Below are positions 16,023 through 30,909 of a stretch of DNA of 64,000 bases, piece after piece. The stretch lies in NCBI RefSeq assembly GCF_009914755.1, contig NC_060938.1; one strand, 5' to 3'. Both the position numbers and the translations under genes were made by a program. The notes beneath the pieces are model-generated. The model was given only the letters and a program-made list of their open reading frames with translations, did no database searches and was not told the DNA's origin. The stretch's first letter is position 1; each line of letters opens with the position of its first letter. The DNA is from the human T2T-CHM13v2.0 reference genome, Homo sapiens.

Positions 16023-19000
16023 TAGCTTTTTTTTTTAACAAGCCTCCCATCCTTCCCCGTCATTTCAATACAAGTGGTGGCTGAGAAACACCTGAGTCCC
16101 ATGACCCCAAGTCCCCCACTATCCAGAGCTCCAGCTGCCTGGCCCACCTCCTGGTCACCTCACCCTGCTGCACCCTGGGCCCTTAGCCCCCACTCCTCTT
16201 TGCTCTGGGCAGCCAGGAGGCTCCAGCAGGACTCAACCAGCTGTGCTACGTGTAGCCCCCCTGGGATCCCAGTGTGCCAGCCCTGTGCCCATAGCCTGGG
16301 TGTGGACGTGCCTCCAACAGGCAGTCTGGAGCAGGCCCACACAGCCGAGGCCCAGCCCAGGCCTTAGGGGCAGCGAGGGGTCAGACCCAGCCTGGGAGGT
16401 CAGCGATGGAACGGCTTGCACCTGCACCAGGCCCCAACGGCATGGGAAGAGGTGGGAAGGTGCAGCTGAGAGGGCTGCCCCCGCCACGGGATGCCAGGGT
16501 GGCCTGAGGTGGGCACACAGAGAAGGGGTCCTCAAGTAGGCCAGAGGACTTCAAGGGCAGGGAAGGCTCTGTCCCAGCCCCAGGGCAGGGGCACTTGCCG
16601 GCAAATGGGGTGGGAGAGGCCTCAGGGGCTCCTCAGGCCTGAAAGGTGGGGACCTGATTCCAGGCCCCTTCTGGGCCTCCCCCCATTGCAATACCCTAAA
16701 AAGGCTGACACAAAAACCTAACGGTCACAAAGATAGAAAACGACTCTATTTACACGGAGGCAGGAAAGCTGGCCACGTCTGCTCCAGGGACACTCCCAGA
16801 CAGCTCTCACCTGGGAACGCTGTTTACTGTTTACCACCTGACACCCACACTCAGCCAGGCAGGGCAGGGCTGGCTGAGTCAGCGCCGTACCCAGAGGCCC
16901 AGCCTGCTGGAGTGGGACAGGAAGGAGACGCTGGCACAGAGCGGGGCCGTCATGCCAGACACAGCACTGACCCCCGCAAGAGCCTTTGCTGGGGCCCCCA
17001 CCCCAGCTACGCCCACCTCACAGCAGCCAGAGGGAGGTGCCCTGCACAGCTGGCCACAGCGCTGGCCACGCAAGCCCTTCCCAGACCCTCGCTGCAGTGC
17101 GGCCAGTGTGGTCCGCCAAGCCCTGGAACACATGACGGAGATCTCCTCCTGGTGCACCCTCCCCAACGCGGACAGCCATGGGAACGCACCACACCCTGCC
17201 CCAGGCCCTCTCCAGACTCTAAGCACGTGCCACTGGCTCTGCCTGGGGCACCCTCCCAGCTCAGATCCTGGACTTGCTCCCCCGCCAGGCACTCAGAACC
17301 GAGCCCTCGGCTCCAGAGCCCCTGGCGGTGGGTGCCCACAGCACGGTGCAGACACACAGCAAGGGATGGGGTCAGGCTGGAGGCCCTGGGCTCTGGCTCA
17401 GGGGGCCACTTACTGGGAAGGGTAAGAGCTGGAGAGCCATGCTTCACACCTGCCCCTGTTGCTACCCAGTCCCAAGAGAGGCACACTTGACCACCAGCAG
17501 GCGGGTGCTGGGCAGGGCCTTGCTCACCTGCCTCAGTTCCCGGGGGCCCCACCTACCGGACCCCTGGCACCACGTGGTGGGACTCAGTGGTCAGGCAGGT
17601 GTCTGATCAGCTGGAGGGACGGCAAGCAGGGGCTCTGCTAAGCCACCACATCACAGACCCTGAGACCTAGGCCATCCGGCATGTCCCGTGATGCGCACTG
17701 AACAGCTAGTCCTGGCTCAGAGCTGCTAGGACCCAGGACCAGCTAGGAGTCGCCATGGGAACTCGGCTGCTGGCGGGGGCCAGGGAGGGCTGAGGGCAGC
17801 GGATGGTGAATCAGCCGGGAGGAGGCCAAGGCGTGAAGCTCGGCATTCTCAGGGCGTGTGTCACCAAGGAGCCCGCGGTGCTGGCTCACCCAGGAGCCAG
17901 GCCTGCCAAGCAGCAGGAGCAGGGCGAGGACCGAAGGCTGTGGCCCTAAACAAAGGGGCCTTAATTCCACCTGGTGGGGGTGAGTCATGGGGCCTCCTGC
18001 CCACCCAGGCGCCATCACCTGACAGCCCCTCCAGCCGGCAGGGCTCACACGGACATAGCCCAGTAAGGGTCCCCCAAGTGTCCTGCCCCTGCCACATCCC
18101 GGGTACCCCCAGCTGCCCCTGCTTGGCTATACCCTCAGCAGCATCCAGGCAGGGGTGTGGCTTGAGATCCCTTTCCGGACTCCTGCCTGGAACAGCCTGG
18201 GCAATTGCCTAGCCTCCCACCACCGCCACCCCTGCAGGAAGGAGTCCCTCCCAAGAGCTCTGCAGAGAGGAGGCCCCGATGCCACTCCCACCCTCACAAG
18301 CACACATTGGGTCAGCAGGTCCGAGTGCGCAGCAGAGCTGGCAGGGCAGGGACCCGCAGCCGGAGGGGAGGGGAGGGCGGTGGCTGCAAAAACCTCTGCC
18401 TGGCCTCTGTGGGGTGCGGGGATGGGGGAGTACCGCCTCCCGCCCCAGCCCCTCCCCATCCCCTGCCTCCTGGGCTCAGCTCCATGTTTCCATTTTAGAA
18501 AGTGCTTCTGACTATTAAATATTTATCCGAGCAAGGAAGGCCTTGACTCCCGGCCAGCCGATGACTTCCAAAAAAAGAAAAATAAAGGGAAATCTGGAGG
18601 CCCAGGCTGAGTGCAGGTGGGGCCTGGTGGAGACACCCTCAAGCTCGCAGCGTGGCTGGGGATCCCGTCACCCTTAGAGCGGGTGGAGGGGAGCAGAGGA
18701 GCATGCCCCGTCCTCCTTGTGTGTCCAGTTAAGCCTCCGCTAAGCTCCCTTAGCTAACCTGGCCTCCACATCCCCCACGGAGCAGCTTCCTTCCCACCAA
18801 AACTGCCCTAAGACCTATGGGGCTCCCCGGTGCCCTCAGGACAAAGCCCTCCCTCCAGCAGCTGACGCTGCCACCTCTCCATCCTCACCCCACCCCGTCC
18901 CAGATGCACTGGGTTGAACACCTTGCAGGTCCCTGACTTCGCCCTCAGCCTCTGCAGGCTCCTGCTGCTTTGCCTCCGCTTCTTTTTCATGACCAGTCCC

Positions 19001-20749
19001 GGTCTCCATTGGGCCAGTTGTCCTCCAGGGAGCCCTCTCTGGCCCTTCTGTGCCCCCTAAGGCTGCACTGGCCACAAAAATGGGATTCACATTTGTTGAC
19101 TGAACAATGGGTGGATCCTTCCTCTGCTGAGCTATGACCTCCCAGGTCCCAGGGTTCCCGGGGTGGCTTTGAGACCCAGAAGGATGGGTGAACAGGCCGC
19201 CAGACAGACGGGGAAGCACCCCCACAACTCACACCATCCCTGAGCGCAGGGTCCGTCTCTGCCAGCCGGAAGACCAAGCTGGGAGAGTGTGGCATTTTAC
19301 TCCTGAAGTGGGTGGCAGGGACCCCCAGATGGCCAGTGCCCCCCACTTGCTGGGGCTTGGGGGCCTTTCCTCCCCAGCACCTATACTTCTCCACACCTGG
19401 CCAAGCCAGCCCCTAGCTGAGCCTGAAACACAGAGGCCTTCCGCATAGGTGTCACAAGAGGAAGGACACAGAGCGGGCCAGAGTCTAAGGGAGAGCTGGG
19501 AGTGGGCCCAGCAACCCAGGGGACTTCCCAGAAGAGGCAGCTCCTAGCCCAGCCCAGGACAGAAGAGCTTGGCCAAATGGAGAGAAGGCAATGAGGGCAT
19601 TCCTGTTGTAGGCCCAGCCACGACGAGCCCGGATGGGAGTGGGCACTCAGCTTCCTGGGCATGGAGAAGGCCGGGAGGGAGCGGGCTCCTGGGGCATTGG
19701 AACTGGAGGCTCTGCGGGCTTGACCCTCCTGTCCACTTCTGAGCCTCACCCCCTTCCCTGAGCTGCACCAGGTGGGCACTGCCTGAGGCTTGGGGCAGGA
19801 GCCAGAGGCCAGCAGGCAGCCCAGCCTCCCTCCCTGGTGGTCCAGCTTCTGTTTCCCCACCAGGGAAAGAGCTGGGGTTGTTAGGAACACACTTACAGCA
19901 TCACTGTCGGTGGCTTCTGAGAGGCCACCTCACTGGAGGGCACTCCAGGATGCCCTCTGCTGCCTCCTCCTCAAGGCCCATTCCTGCCACTAGCGGCTAC
20001 AGAGGGGCTCCTTTGCCTGCGGTCACCCTGCCTGGTGGGGCAGGGCAGAGCCAGCACCTGTCAGAACAGCATGTCACCGACCAAAGCGTGCGACATTCTG
20101 CTCTGGCCCCTAAGAGCCCAGGGAGTCACTGCGTCACTGTCCCCAGCCTCAGTGTCCTTGTCTGCAGAATGGGAATACAGCCCTCCCCCAGTGTAGATGA
20201 CCCAGTCAGGGAGACACCAGGGTGGTGACAGACCCGCCCGCGCTGTCACTCGGCATCCCTGGCTGCGTGGAGCTAGCAGCACAGGCAGCTGCAATCACTC
20301 CTGACCCCGAATGTGAGGTCCTGACCCACATTTGCAGCCTGAGGCCCTGAAGAGGGCACCAGCGAGGCACAGAACAGCGAGACCACCTCCACAGCTGCCT
20401 TGCTTTGCACCCTTCTTGGGAAAGGGCCCAGCCATCTCATGACCCCCACCGCAGAGAAGAGACCACCCACACATCTTCGCATGGTATCACCACCTGGGGC
20501 CTTCCCAACACGGTGGTGCTTTCTTGGGGGGTCGTGGGAGGTGCTCAGGCCACACCGGGGCAGCAGGTGCAGGGTGGGGGCCGGGGCCGGGGAGGGGTTC
20601 CCTGTCTCCCCAGTTATCAGGGGCCCAGCTCTGCCCCTGGGAAAGAGGCAACCTGCCCCTGGAGTAGGCAAGAGTGTGACACCCAGAGCCCACTGGGAGT
20701 GAACTGGCTGGTGTTACAGTCGGCAGCGCTGCGTGGGGTGGTCCCAGCA

Positions 20750-20768
20750 TGGCCACCAGGGGGCAGCC
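20750..20768 (+). promoter_or_regulatory. CTCF consensus motif
   Basis: TGGCCACCAGGGGGCAGCC is a near-perfect match to the CTCF core. Confidence 0.65.
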
Positions 20769-22179
20769 TCGGCACAAAAGCCGCCCAGGAGATGGCTCCC
20801 TGCTGGGCTGGTGCCTGGTGTGTCGGGCAGAGGGCAGGTTTGGACTGGACAGGAAGACGAGAGCAGGGGAGAGTCCGCCCATCTCCAGCCTGCTGAGAGG
20901 AAACTGCAGGTGGAAAAGGCCTGGACCAAATCCAGGCTGGGAAAGGCAGTAGTTGGCAGGGTGCTTGTCAGGAATGCACGTTCCTGGGCCGCAGGGTTGG
21001 GGAGGGTCTGGGAACCGGTGTGCTGGACAGAACTCCCAAGGTCTCTGATCTTGCAAGTCTCCTACCAAAGCTCCAGCGAGAGCCACTGACCTTATTCCCT
21101 AAGAGCGGATGGTTCCGTAGGCTGGACACAGGGAGGGACTGCCCCAGACGGGCTGGGAACCATGAAGCCAGCACAAGCCTCTGTGGAGGCAGGGGGTGGA
21201 TGAGATGGTCCTGGACCCTGCAGCTTGGGAGTCTCTGGGTGCCCGTGAGTGAGGAGGAAGCAGAGCAGAAAGGCTGTCTGTGCAGGGAAGCTGGGGGCAG
21301 GGTAGTGGTCCCATGCCTGGGGGCCCTGCCCTTCTCCCTCTGAGGAGGTCGACCTGCAGCCATGTGGGCAGGGCCAGTCATAGTGAAAGAGGAGGGGGCC
21401 AGGGGCCTCCAGCCCACCGGAGCCATCATCCTCCCGCTGCTGTGCCCAAACACCTTGGGCTCCCATCTGCGACACCGTGAAGCAGGTGCTGTAGGGGCCT
21501 CCCTGCTCTGGAGCCCCCCAGACAAGCCTCCCACCCTAAGTGCGCACCAGACAGACAGGCCACAGGAGGGGCCTTGGTAGTGCCTGCTGCAGCTGGGGGG
21601 CATGCCCAGGCCAGGGGCACCCCTCTCACCTGCAGCATTGTCGGCACCATTAGCATTGACCTGTTTTCCCCAAGGAGTGGGGTCCAGCCTGCACCAGTGC
21701 CGGCCAGCCCAACCCCCTGGCCAGTGGCTGCCAATGCCCTGGGTGTGGTCAGCTGCAGCAGCATAGACCCAGCGCCCAAGGGACTGCCCTGCCCCCCTCA
21801 GCCCTGCCCTCCAAGATGCTGAGACACCCAGGCCCCGGAACCAGGCCCAGTGCAGGGACAGACACACAAAGAGCAGCAGGTACACATGCCGTAGCCTGCG
21901 GCTCAGAGGGAGGCTACTGACCATCCCTGGGGGCATGCCAGTAGGTAGCACCCACTTTCCCTTGCCCAGCACTGCGGGACCCTGTGGCCTGACTTTGACC
22001 CCATTCAGGCCCCTCACCAGGCCCCAGACCTCAGGCCTAGCCCTGCCACAGCCTCCACCTAGCCAGCGACCCCACCACACAGCCACACAGTAGACGCAGC
22101 CCAGCCCTGCCTGGAAGCCCCGGACCAAAGTGGAGAGCCCAGACTCCTGGACTAGCCTGGCTGCTCTCCCGCAAAGCAG

Positions 22180-23370
22180 GTGAGAGGGCAAGCCTGGTGC
22201 AGGTGCCCCGGGTCCCGGCGGCCCCGGCTTTCACGCCCCTTGCAGACACCAGCCCTGCTCCAGAGTGCGGTAGCACCTCCCAGGAGGCCGCCTCTCGACC
22301 AGACAGCGTCCCAGGAGCGGGGCAGGAGCGAGAAGGAGAGACAGACAGGGACCGCGAGTGACAGAGGGAGTGAGCGACAGAGACGAGTCAGCCACCGAGA
22401 AACAAAGTGAGCGACAGAGACAGTCTCAGAGGCCGGGAGAGGAGCAGGAACCTACAGCCACGGACAGGTAGAACGCGAGGCATGGGAGAAGAGACTCCAG
22501 CGGCCGGGAAGGCCCAGAACCACGCGCGAGTCCCGCAGGCGTCTCCGAGTCCCCCGCCCCCAAGGCCCGCACTGCGCGCCCCTGGACACGCCCCGGCGCG
22601 CGCCCTCGCGCGTAGCCCACCCGCCCCAGGGGAGCGGGCTGCAGGCGGGGAGGGGCGCACCGCTGCCGGGGGTTCCGGGCCAGGTGGGCAGCACCATGTG
22701 GAAGCAGTCGCACATCGCGGCGGCCAGGCGGTGCGGGCCTGGCGGCCCGTCGCGTCCAGTCGCTGGTCCCGGCTCCGGCGCACGGGGCGGGCGGGCGGGA
22801 GCCGCGCTCTGCCCCGCTGCCCTGCGCTGCCGCGGGCGGCCGACCTCGGACTGCGGACACCGCGCGCCAGGCTACCCAGCCGCTCAGCTAGGACCCCGCC
22901 CGGCTCCGCCCAGCCCTGCCGGGCCACTGCGGAGCGCGCTCGCGGGCGGTGCCGTCGGCCTCATTCAGCCCATTGGCTGCCGTCGCCGCGGCCCCGCCCC
23001 TCCCAGCCAGGCCCCGCCCCACCCCGCGCCCCCGGCCCGCCTGTCGCGTCCGCAGAATTAACTTTGGACTCCCGCCAGGGAGCGACCTCTGGATCCCCGC
23101 ACCGAGGCTCCTGGACTTGCCGCTGTCTTCACCTCCCATTCCGGGGGAGACAGACACTTTAGTCAGAAGCTGGGGTGGGGGGCAGCCTGCGGGGACAACA
23201 GGGGTCGCGGGCACCGCAGGAGGTGATCTGGCAGCATAAGGACAAGATAGAATTCTGCAGGGGCTGGTGGGTGGCAGATACGAGGACGCGGCTGAGAGCG
23301 TGCAGCGGGAACAGGGCGCCCCGGGCAGGGCTGCGGGGTGGGCGCCGCGTGCGGGAGCGCCCAGCGCTGG
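22180..23370. promoter_or_regulatory. AHNAK2: AHNAK2 CpG-island promoter
   Basis: Very high GC/CpG density around exon 1; GC boxes (CCCCGCCCC) at ~22992-23020; CCAAT on the minus strand (ATTGG 22972-22976); no obvious TATA. Confidence 0.88.
22661..22715 (-). CDS. AHNAK2: AHNAK2 coding part of exon 1 (55 nt)
   Basis: ATG at 22715-22713, [18 protein letters not shown] + G|GTGCGC donor; joins exon 2 in frame. Confidence 0.95.
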
Positions 23371-24219
23371 GGGCAGTCCTGGAGCCAGAACCCCGCCCAG
23401 AGTCATCCTTTCTGCTGATTCTTGTCAAGAGCCTAGGGCCTAGGACACAGCGGCAACCAGCACCCCACTGGCCCTGCCCCAGGGGCTCCAGGTCTGGCGT
23501 AGACACAAGCAAGCCTGTAAGGATGAGGCGTTCTGCAGGGCGGCACTGCCCTGGGGGCGGGGGAACGGAGGTCCTGGAGGGCTCCTGGCAGTGTAAGCTG
23601 GGACCTTAGGGGTGAGACATGTGCCAGGCAGTGTAGGAAGCGTTCTGGAGAGAGGGGACAGAGTAGCGTGTGTGCAGAGAATGGGGGCAAAAGGGCTGGG
23701 GTTGAAAGTCAGGCCCAGTGGGCGGGGGCAGGGCAGCAAGGAGGCTGAGGGGGCTCCTGTCGGTAGGAGGTGCCACTTAAGGCTCCAAGCAGGGTCTCTG
23801 AGCGTGGTGAGAGCTGAGGAAAGACTGCGCAGGTGGCTAGGGGTGTTGGCATGGGGCACAGCTGGAAACAGGAGCAGTGGAACCACGGCCATGGTATGGG
23901 AGGGAGTGAAAGGATATGCAGGCAGAGGGGACTTGGTGAGGATCAGAGTGCAGAGGGTGGGAGCCTCCCTGGGATCTAGCTTGGGCACCACACAGAGGCA
24001 GCACACCTGGGGGTGTGGACAGGGAGGGCAGGGGCCCAAGGGAGTTCTAAGAGTTTGGTGACGCCTGGCCTGGTGTAGACCCAAACCGGGCATACCCCAG
24101 AAGGAGTGGAGTTCTGCAGGGATTGTCGGGGAAGGCAGGGCTGGAAGAGACCCAGGAGAGGACCGCCACCTCCATGAGGAGCTGCCTGGCAATGTCCAGG
24201 GGTGTGGGTCAGATGCAGG

Positions 24220-24550
24220 GACACACACACACACGGACACACATACGGATACACACACACATACATACATACAGAGATAAAGACACAGAGACACACAGAC
24301 ACACACGGACAGAGACACAGACACACAGATACACAGGTACACATACAGACACACACACAGAGGCACACACAGACACACACAGAGACACACAGACACACAT
24401 GGACAGAGACACAGACACAGAGATACACAGGTACACATAGAGGCACACTCACACACACACAGACACACACACAGAGACACACAGACACATACACATAGAG
24501 ACACAAACACACATGCTCTGTCATACACACACACACACACACACACACAC
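24220..24550. repeat. Degenerate (CA)n/(GACA)n simple repeat
   Basis: ~330 bp of CA/GACACA units ending in a pure (CA)n run. Confidence 0.95.
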
Positions 24551-27500
24551 GGACACCTTTTCCTGGGGTGGGAAGAGGCCAGGCTGTACCGGAAGGGCCA
24601 GGCAGACACACACACTCATAGATAAGATCACAAACTCACCAAGACACAGACACAGGCCACCTGAGATATTTGATACACTCAGGCCTGCATGCATGAACAC
24701 CCACACCAGGATACAGACCCATGCACGTGTATACATACACACAGGGGCACACGCATTCCTGGGCTCATTTGGAGACCACGCACAGCTAGCGGGCCCAGGT
24801 GAGCCACCCGGGCACGATGACTCACCCTAGACAGTTCCCGTTAGCCGCGCTGCAGCCACCGGGCAGCCATCCAGCAGCAGGTCAGATGGACGCCAGAGCC
24901 ACTGCTGGGAAGAGGCCCTGGCAGCCTCCTGCCAGTGAGCCCAGGCATGATGGGCACAACCTTCTCCCTCGTGTGGGGACCTGGCGCAGGTCTTACCCCA
25001 CCCCCTCGCAGTGTCCTTTTTTCGGGGCTGAGCAGTGTTGCCTGGGGTCCAGAGGCCCTGCACTTACCTCCCTCCCCAGGAGCCCACCCTGCTCTGGTCA
25101 CCTGGAGTCAGTCACTCCCTGGACACAGGGAGAGAGCCACTAGGGTGCCTGGGTGCATACACCTCTGTGTGTGTCCCTGGATGTGTCTATGCCTCTGCCT
25201 GGTCTGCTGGGGTTTCGCCCGCTAGTCCTCTGTGTCTGAGTCTGGCTGCAGGGCCTGGGAACGAGGGGCCGCTCAGGGCACTCACCCACCTTTGTGTCCT
25301 CAGCCCCTTTAGGTGTGTGCCCTTGACAAAGTCATGTGGCCTCCTGGGTCCCCATCCAAATGAAGTGGCCCCTCTCCTGATTGTCTGGCGTGATCTGCGC
25401 AGGGCTACGGGGACTCCCCTTGGCTTTGCGGGATGGGTGAGGATGGAGCCCTGGGTGGGGAAGCCGAGGTTGCCCCCGACATGTCCCTGTCCCTGGGCTA
25501 CTACCTGCTGCCCCTGCCTCTGTTTTCCTTCAGCAAGATGAGAGAACCCTCCAGGCCATCTTGGTGGGGGCCGAGTGAGAGCGCAAGTTCAGCGTGGCGT
25601 CACGGGAGTGTGGGGACCCCACACTTGGGAGGACTTTGCCCTGGTCCTGCCCCTCAGCCTGGGGTGGCTGAGATCTTCCCCTAGCTGTGTCCACTGGGCC
25701 TGTCCTCCCCTGGCTAAGAAATGGTCCCAGAACCAACCACAGCTGCCCAGGTCCAGGAACTTTGCCTCTGCCCTGCACGGGGCTGCCCACTTCCAAGGTG
25801 GGCACAGACACACACACGCAGCTGCGCCATGCTCCCCTGTGGCCCCAGAATTCAGGATGGGGTCTGGGCAGGGCCTGCTCCACCCGGAGGCCGTCCCTCC
25901 CTTCTCCTGCCCACTCTGAGACAGAGGGCTGGTGTCTCTCTGCAGTGGCCTCTGGCTCTGCGCTGCCCTGAGTGCTGGGGCCACAGTCTGGTTGTGACTG
26001 TCGGGGAGCTGGGGACTGCCCCTCCCACCCTCCTTCTGGGGGTCTTCTCCTAGCTTGAGGGTTAAGCTGACAGTGTCATGAGTAAGACACCTTGGGGTGT
26101 CTGTCCAGAGAGCTTCCCCACCTCAAGGAACCTGGGGTCCTGAGAGCTCTATCTCACTCCAGATGCCTCTGGGAGGGCCTGCAACTTGGGCAGTGTACCC
26201 CCACAAACAGGCAGGCTGCGGCTATGTGCAGTTGAGGACTGGCTCCCCAGGGGCCAGCCAGAATCCCTCCTCCCGCCCACCAGGGCCTCAGCAGCTGAAA
26301 CAGGGGTCCAGGGTCACAGCTGTGGGAGCAGGGGAGAAGATGAGAGGGGCTGCCAGCCCCCATCCCGGGCCCTGCCCGCCAGCTGAAGCCTGCGCTCCTG
26401 TCGTCACGCCCAGCTCCAGTTTCCTCCCCATGTGCCCCTCTGAGGACAGATGCCCAGCTAGGGAGGACCACAGAAGCATGCCTGGGCTCAGGAATTCATG
26501 CCCCCACCCACAGCATCGCTGGACACAAGCCCAACTCACAGCCGCCCCTGGCACATACAAGGCCCCACACCTGCTGTAGGTGTCACCCCAGGGAGAGGGC
26601 ATCGCATGCTCTCTCCTGTGCACACAGCCTCCACCTCTTCCCTGGACCACTGAGATGGGGACACTGGCCCAGCCCACTGGTTGCCCACAGCCTTCCTGAG
26701 GCTGGGTGCCGGGGCCTGGGTGAGGAGCCGAGGCTCCCCAGGCCCTGATCATCAGCAGAGCCGCTGCCCTGCCCCCATGGCCTGACTGGCGCTGCTTGCC
26801 TCCACCCTCTGCAGGCAGGGATGCCCACAGCATCAATGATTGATTCTTGCTGCGGCAGCTGCAGCAACATAAGCAAAAATAGCTCTGCTGTGGTCCCTGC
26901 CCCGCCCCAGCCACAGCCTTGCATCCAGCCCAGCCTCGTGCCCAGATGGAGGGGTGTGAGGTGAGGTGGGAGCATCTAGGACTGTCTCAGCCACTGCCTG
27001 CCCCTCCTCAGTCTTTTATACGGAGATGATGGGGGAGGACCCCCTGACCAGGTGGGGGACACTTGTCCACCCAGCCTCCCACTCTTGCCTGACCACACTG
27101 ACTCCTGACCTCTAACCGCCTCACTCTCCCCCAAAGCTGGGTGCCCGTTTCAGGCCTGGGTATTGTCCCCAGGTCCACTTCCTCTGCACCCACACAGCTG
27201 GGATCAGGAAATGTGGCAGTGGTGGGGCATGTCAGGGTGCTGCCATCGTTCCACTCGGATGGGTTTCTTCAACCCATGTCTTCATCGGGCTCTCTGGCTC
27301 AGCAGTCCGTGTGGGCTAGCCTGGGATCCGAGCAGCAGCAGGTTCCCATGCTGCCGCCTGCAAGCCCTGGCACTCCTGCTGCCAGAGGTGAGGACAGGCA
27401 CACGCCCCAACTTGCCCTAGGGACTTGGGGCTGAGGATCCCAGAGGACCAGGATGCCTGGGTGCTTCTGGGGACCCCTCCCCAGCCAGTCCTTGCTCATC

Positions 27501-28106
27501 AGGTGATGCTGGGAGATCCCAAGATGACTGTGGGGCTCTGTGCATAGGTGGCACTTGCCCCAGAACCCAGGCTGGCCCCTTCCTCCTGAGACTAGGGTAG
27601 GGAAGCTTGGCTCCTCTGCAGAAGGGAAGGTGCTCCCCACACAGCCATTGAGCAGGGCTGGGGCTCAGGGTGGACCGAGGTGGCTGGAGAGGTCCTGGGA
27701 GGGCCACATGGGCTCCTCGTCCCGACCACACTCCACCTGCCCCCTCCATGCCCCTCGGGAGTCATGGCTAATGTCCCCCACACCCAGGCTTTAATGGGAA
27801 CCCACCCTCTCCGGCCCAGTCTCCCCTAGCAGCTGGGCCAGTTCAATTTGAGCAGTGCCTGCTCCAATCGCCAACCTGGAAGCCTTATCCTCAGCTCGTG
27901 CCTTTCAGGCTGTGCCATGAAGCAGGATGGTCTGCCCAGAAGCTGGCCCAAGAAGCCAGCAGCGGCCTAGCAGCCACCTGGGCTGCCCCCACCTCCTCCT
28001 GCAACCAGGGTTGGGCACCTGATGTCAAGGTTGCCGCTGCCATTTCCTCTGCACCTTGGCTTCCCCGACGCAGCACTTCTCAGTGGGTCACAAGGGGTCA
28101 CTCAGG

Positions 28107-28511
28107 CATATTAGTTCCCTGCTGCTGCCATAACAAAATACCCCCGACACAGTGGTTGAAAACAGCATGTGCGCATTTATCAACTCCAGTTCTAGGTGTG
28201 GGCAGGATGGTGTGCCTTCTGGAGGCTTCAGGGGAGATCTGTTTTCTGGTCCCTTCAGCCTCCAGAGGCATCTGCAGTCTCGTATCACTCCGGCTCTGCT
28301 TCCATCTTTGCGTCTCCTCTCTGACTCTGACCTTCCTGCTTCCTTCTCAGGACCTTTGTGATTACATGCCTCATCCAGGCTCCACTCCTCCTCTCAAGAG
28401 CCTTAATTTAAGCCCATCTATAAAGTGTCTTTGACCCTGTAAGGTCACATAGCCACAGGTTCCAGGGGTTAGGATGTGGACATCTCTGTGGGGCTGTTCA
28501 ACTGCCACACC
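28107..28511. mobile_element. MLT1-type (ERVL-MaLR) solo LTR
   Basis: TATTAGTT.CCT..TGCTGCCATAACAAAATACC start and GTAAGGTCACATA..CACAGGTTCCAGGGGTTAGGATGTGGACATCT end, typical of MLT1C/D. Confidence 0.8.
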
Positions 28512-29579
28512 AGCTCTTCAACCCATATGGGTCATTTCTATCCTCCAACCACCCTGGGAGTACTGTGCTCCCCACGCTCTTCACGTGGAAGCTGAGGCCC
28601 AGACGGGGGTGGGGAATTGCAGAGAACGAGGAGAGCAGCTCCTGTCCCAGCTCTGCTTCTCACGCAGGCCTTTGGGGTGGGGCCTCAGTTTCCCCACCTG
28701 TACACAAGGACAACACTCCTCCTGCCCCCCTCCCAGCTCCCTGGGCCTCAAGGACGGCAAGGACGTGCAGTGGATGAGGGGCAGCAGTGGGAACGGACAC
28801 TGCCCTTAAGCTGGCAAGACAGGCCCAGGCCTGGTCTACAAACCCAGCCAGCTCCTGATCACCATCCTTAGGGTCACTGCGGTGCTGGGGTGGCCAAGCC
28901 AAGATCCAGTCCTGGGCAGTCTGACCGAAGAGCTTCCATACTGCATGGCCCGGCTGCTCTGCCCCTCAGGAAGGAGCGGGGACAGGAGGCTGGGTCTAAG
29001 GTGCAGAGAATGATCTCATCTTGTCATTTGTAAAATTAAATTGTTCTGTAGCTTGGCTGAGAAGGACCAGGGAGGGAAGGGGTGATTCAAGCAAGGACAG
29101 AGTCCAGGCAGGGCCCCAGGCCCCAGGGTGGGAGAAATGCGAGCCTGAGGTAGATAGGGGGTGGACAGTAGGTGGCATGGTTCAGGGCTTCACCAGGGCC
29201 AGGCCCTCCCCTTACCCAGAGGAGGCAGTGATGGGGGCCAGTCTGGGAAGGCCAGGGAGGAGATGGAGTCAAGGTTGACTCCTTGAGTCTGGGGGTGAGG
29301 GCAGATGGCAGAAGGCCTGGAAGCCCGGAGGGGAGCTGCCAGAGGCCAGCCTAGCTCCTTGGTCGTCCAGTGGCTGGAGAGGGGCTGTCCGTCAGCCCTG
29401 CTCTGCCCGGGTCTGGCTGGTGACAAAGGAGGGGAGCACTCCATGCGGCCTGCGAGGGAGGGGTGGAGCCTCCCCGCAGCTCCTTCCCCCAGGAATGGGG
29501 ACGAGTTAGGGGCGGGCGAGGTTTTGGGATTCAGGAGTCAGCAAGACGGACTTGGCTCTCGCCAGGGACAGGTGGGGTC

Positions 29580-30905
<1,326 letters not shown>

Positions 30906-30909
30906 CAAG

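Noticed and set aside
18808-18990. Short basic ORF MKKKRRQSSRSLQRLRAK (NLS-like)
   Set aside because: No splice, promoter or homology support; likely chance.
20968-22191. 407-aa minus-strand ORF
   Set aside because: No recognisable domain, non-ATG start, in GC-rich intron where stops are rare.
23440-24615. 391-aa and 211-aa Cys/Val-rich ORFs (and His/Thr-rich ORFs on the opposite strand)
   Set aside because: Translation artefacts of the (CA)n/(TG)n simple repeat.
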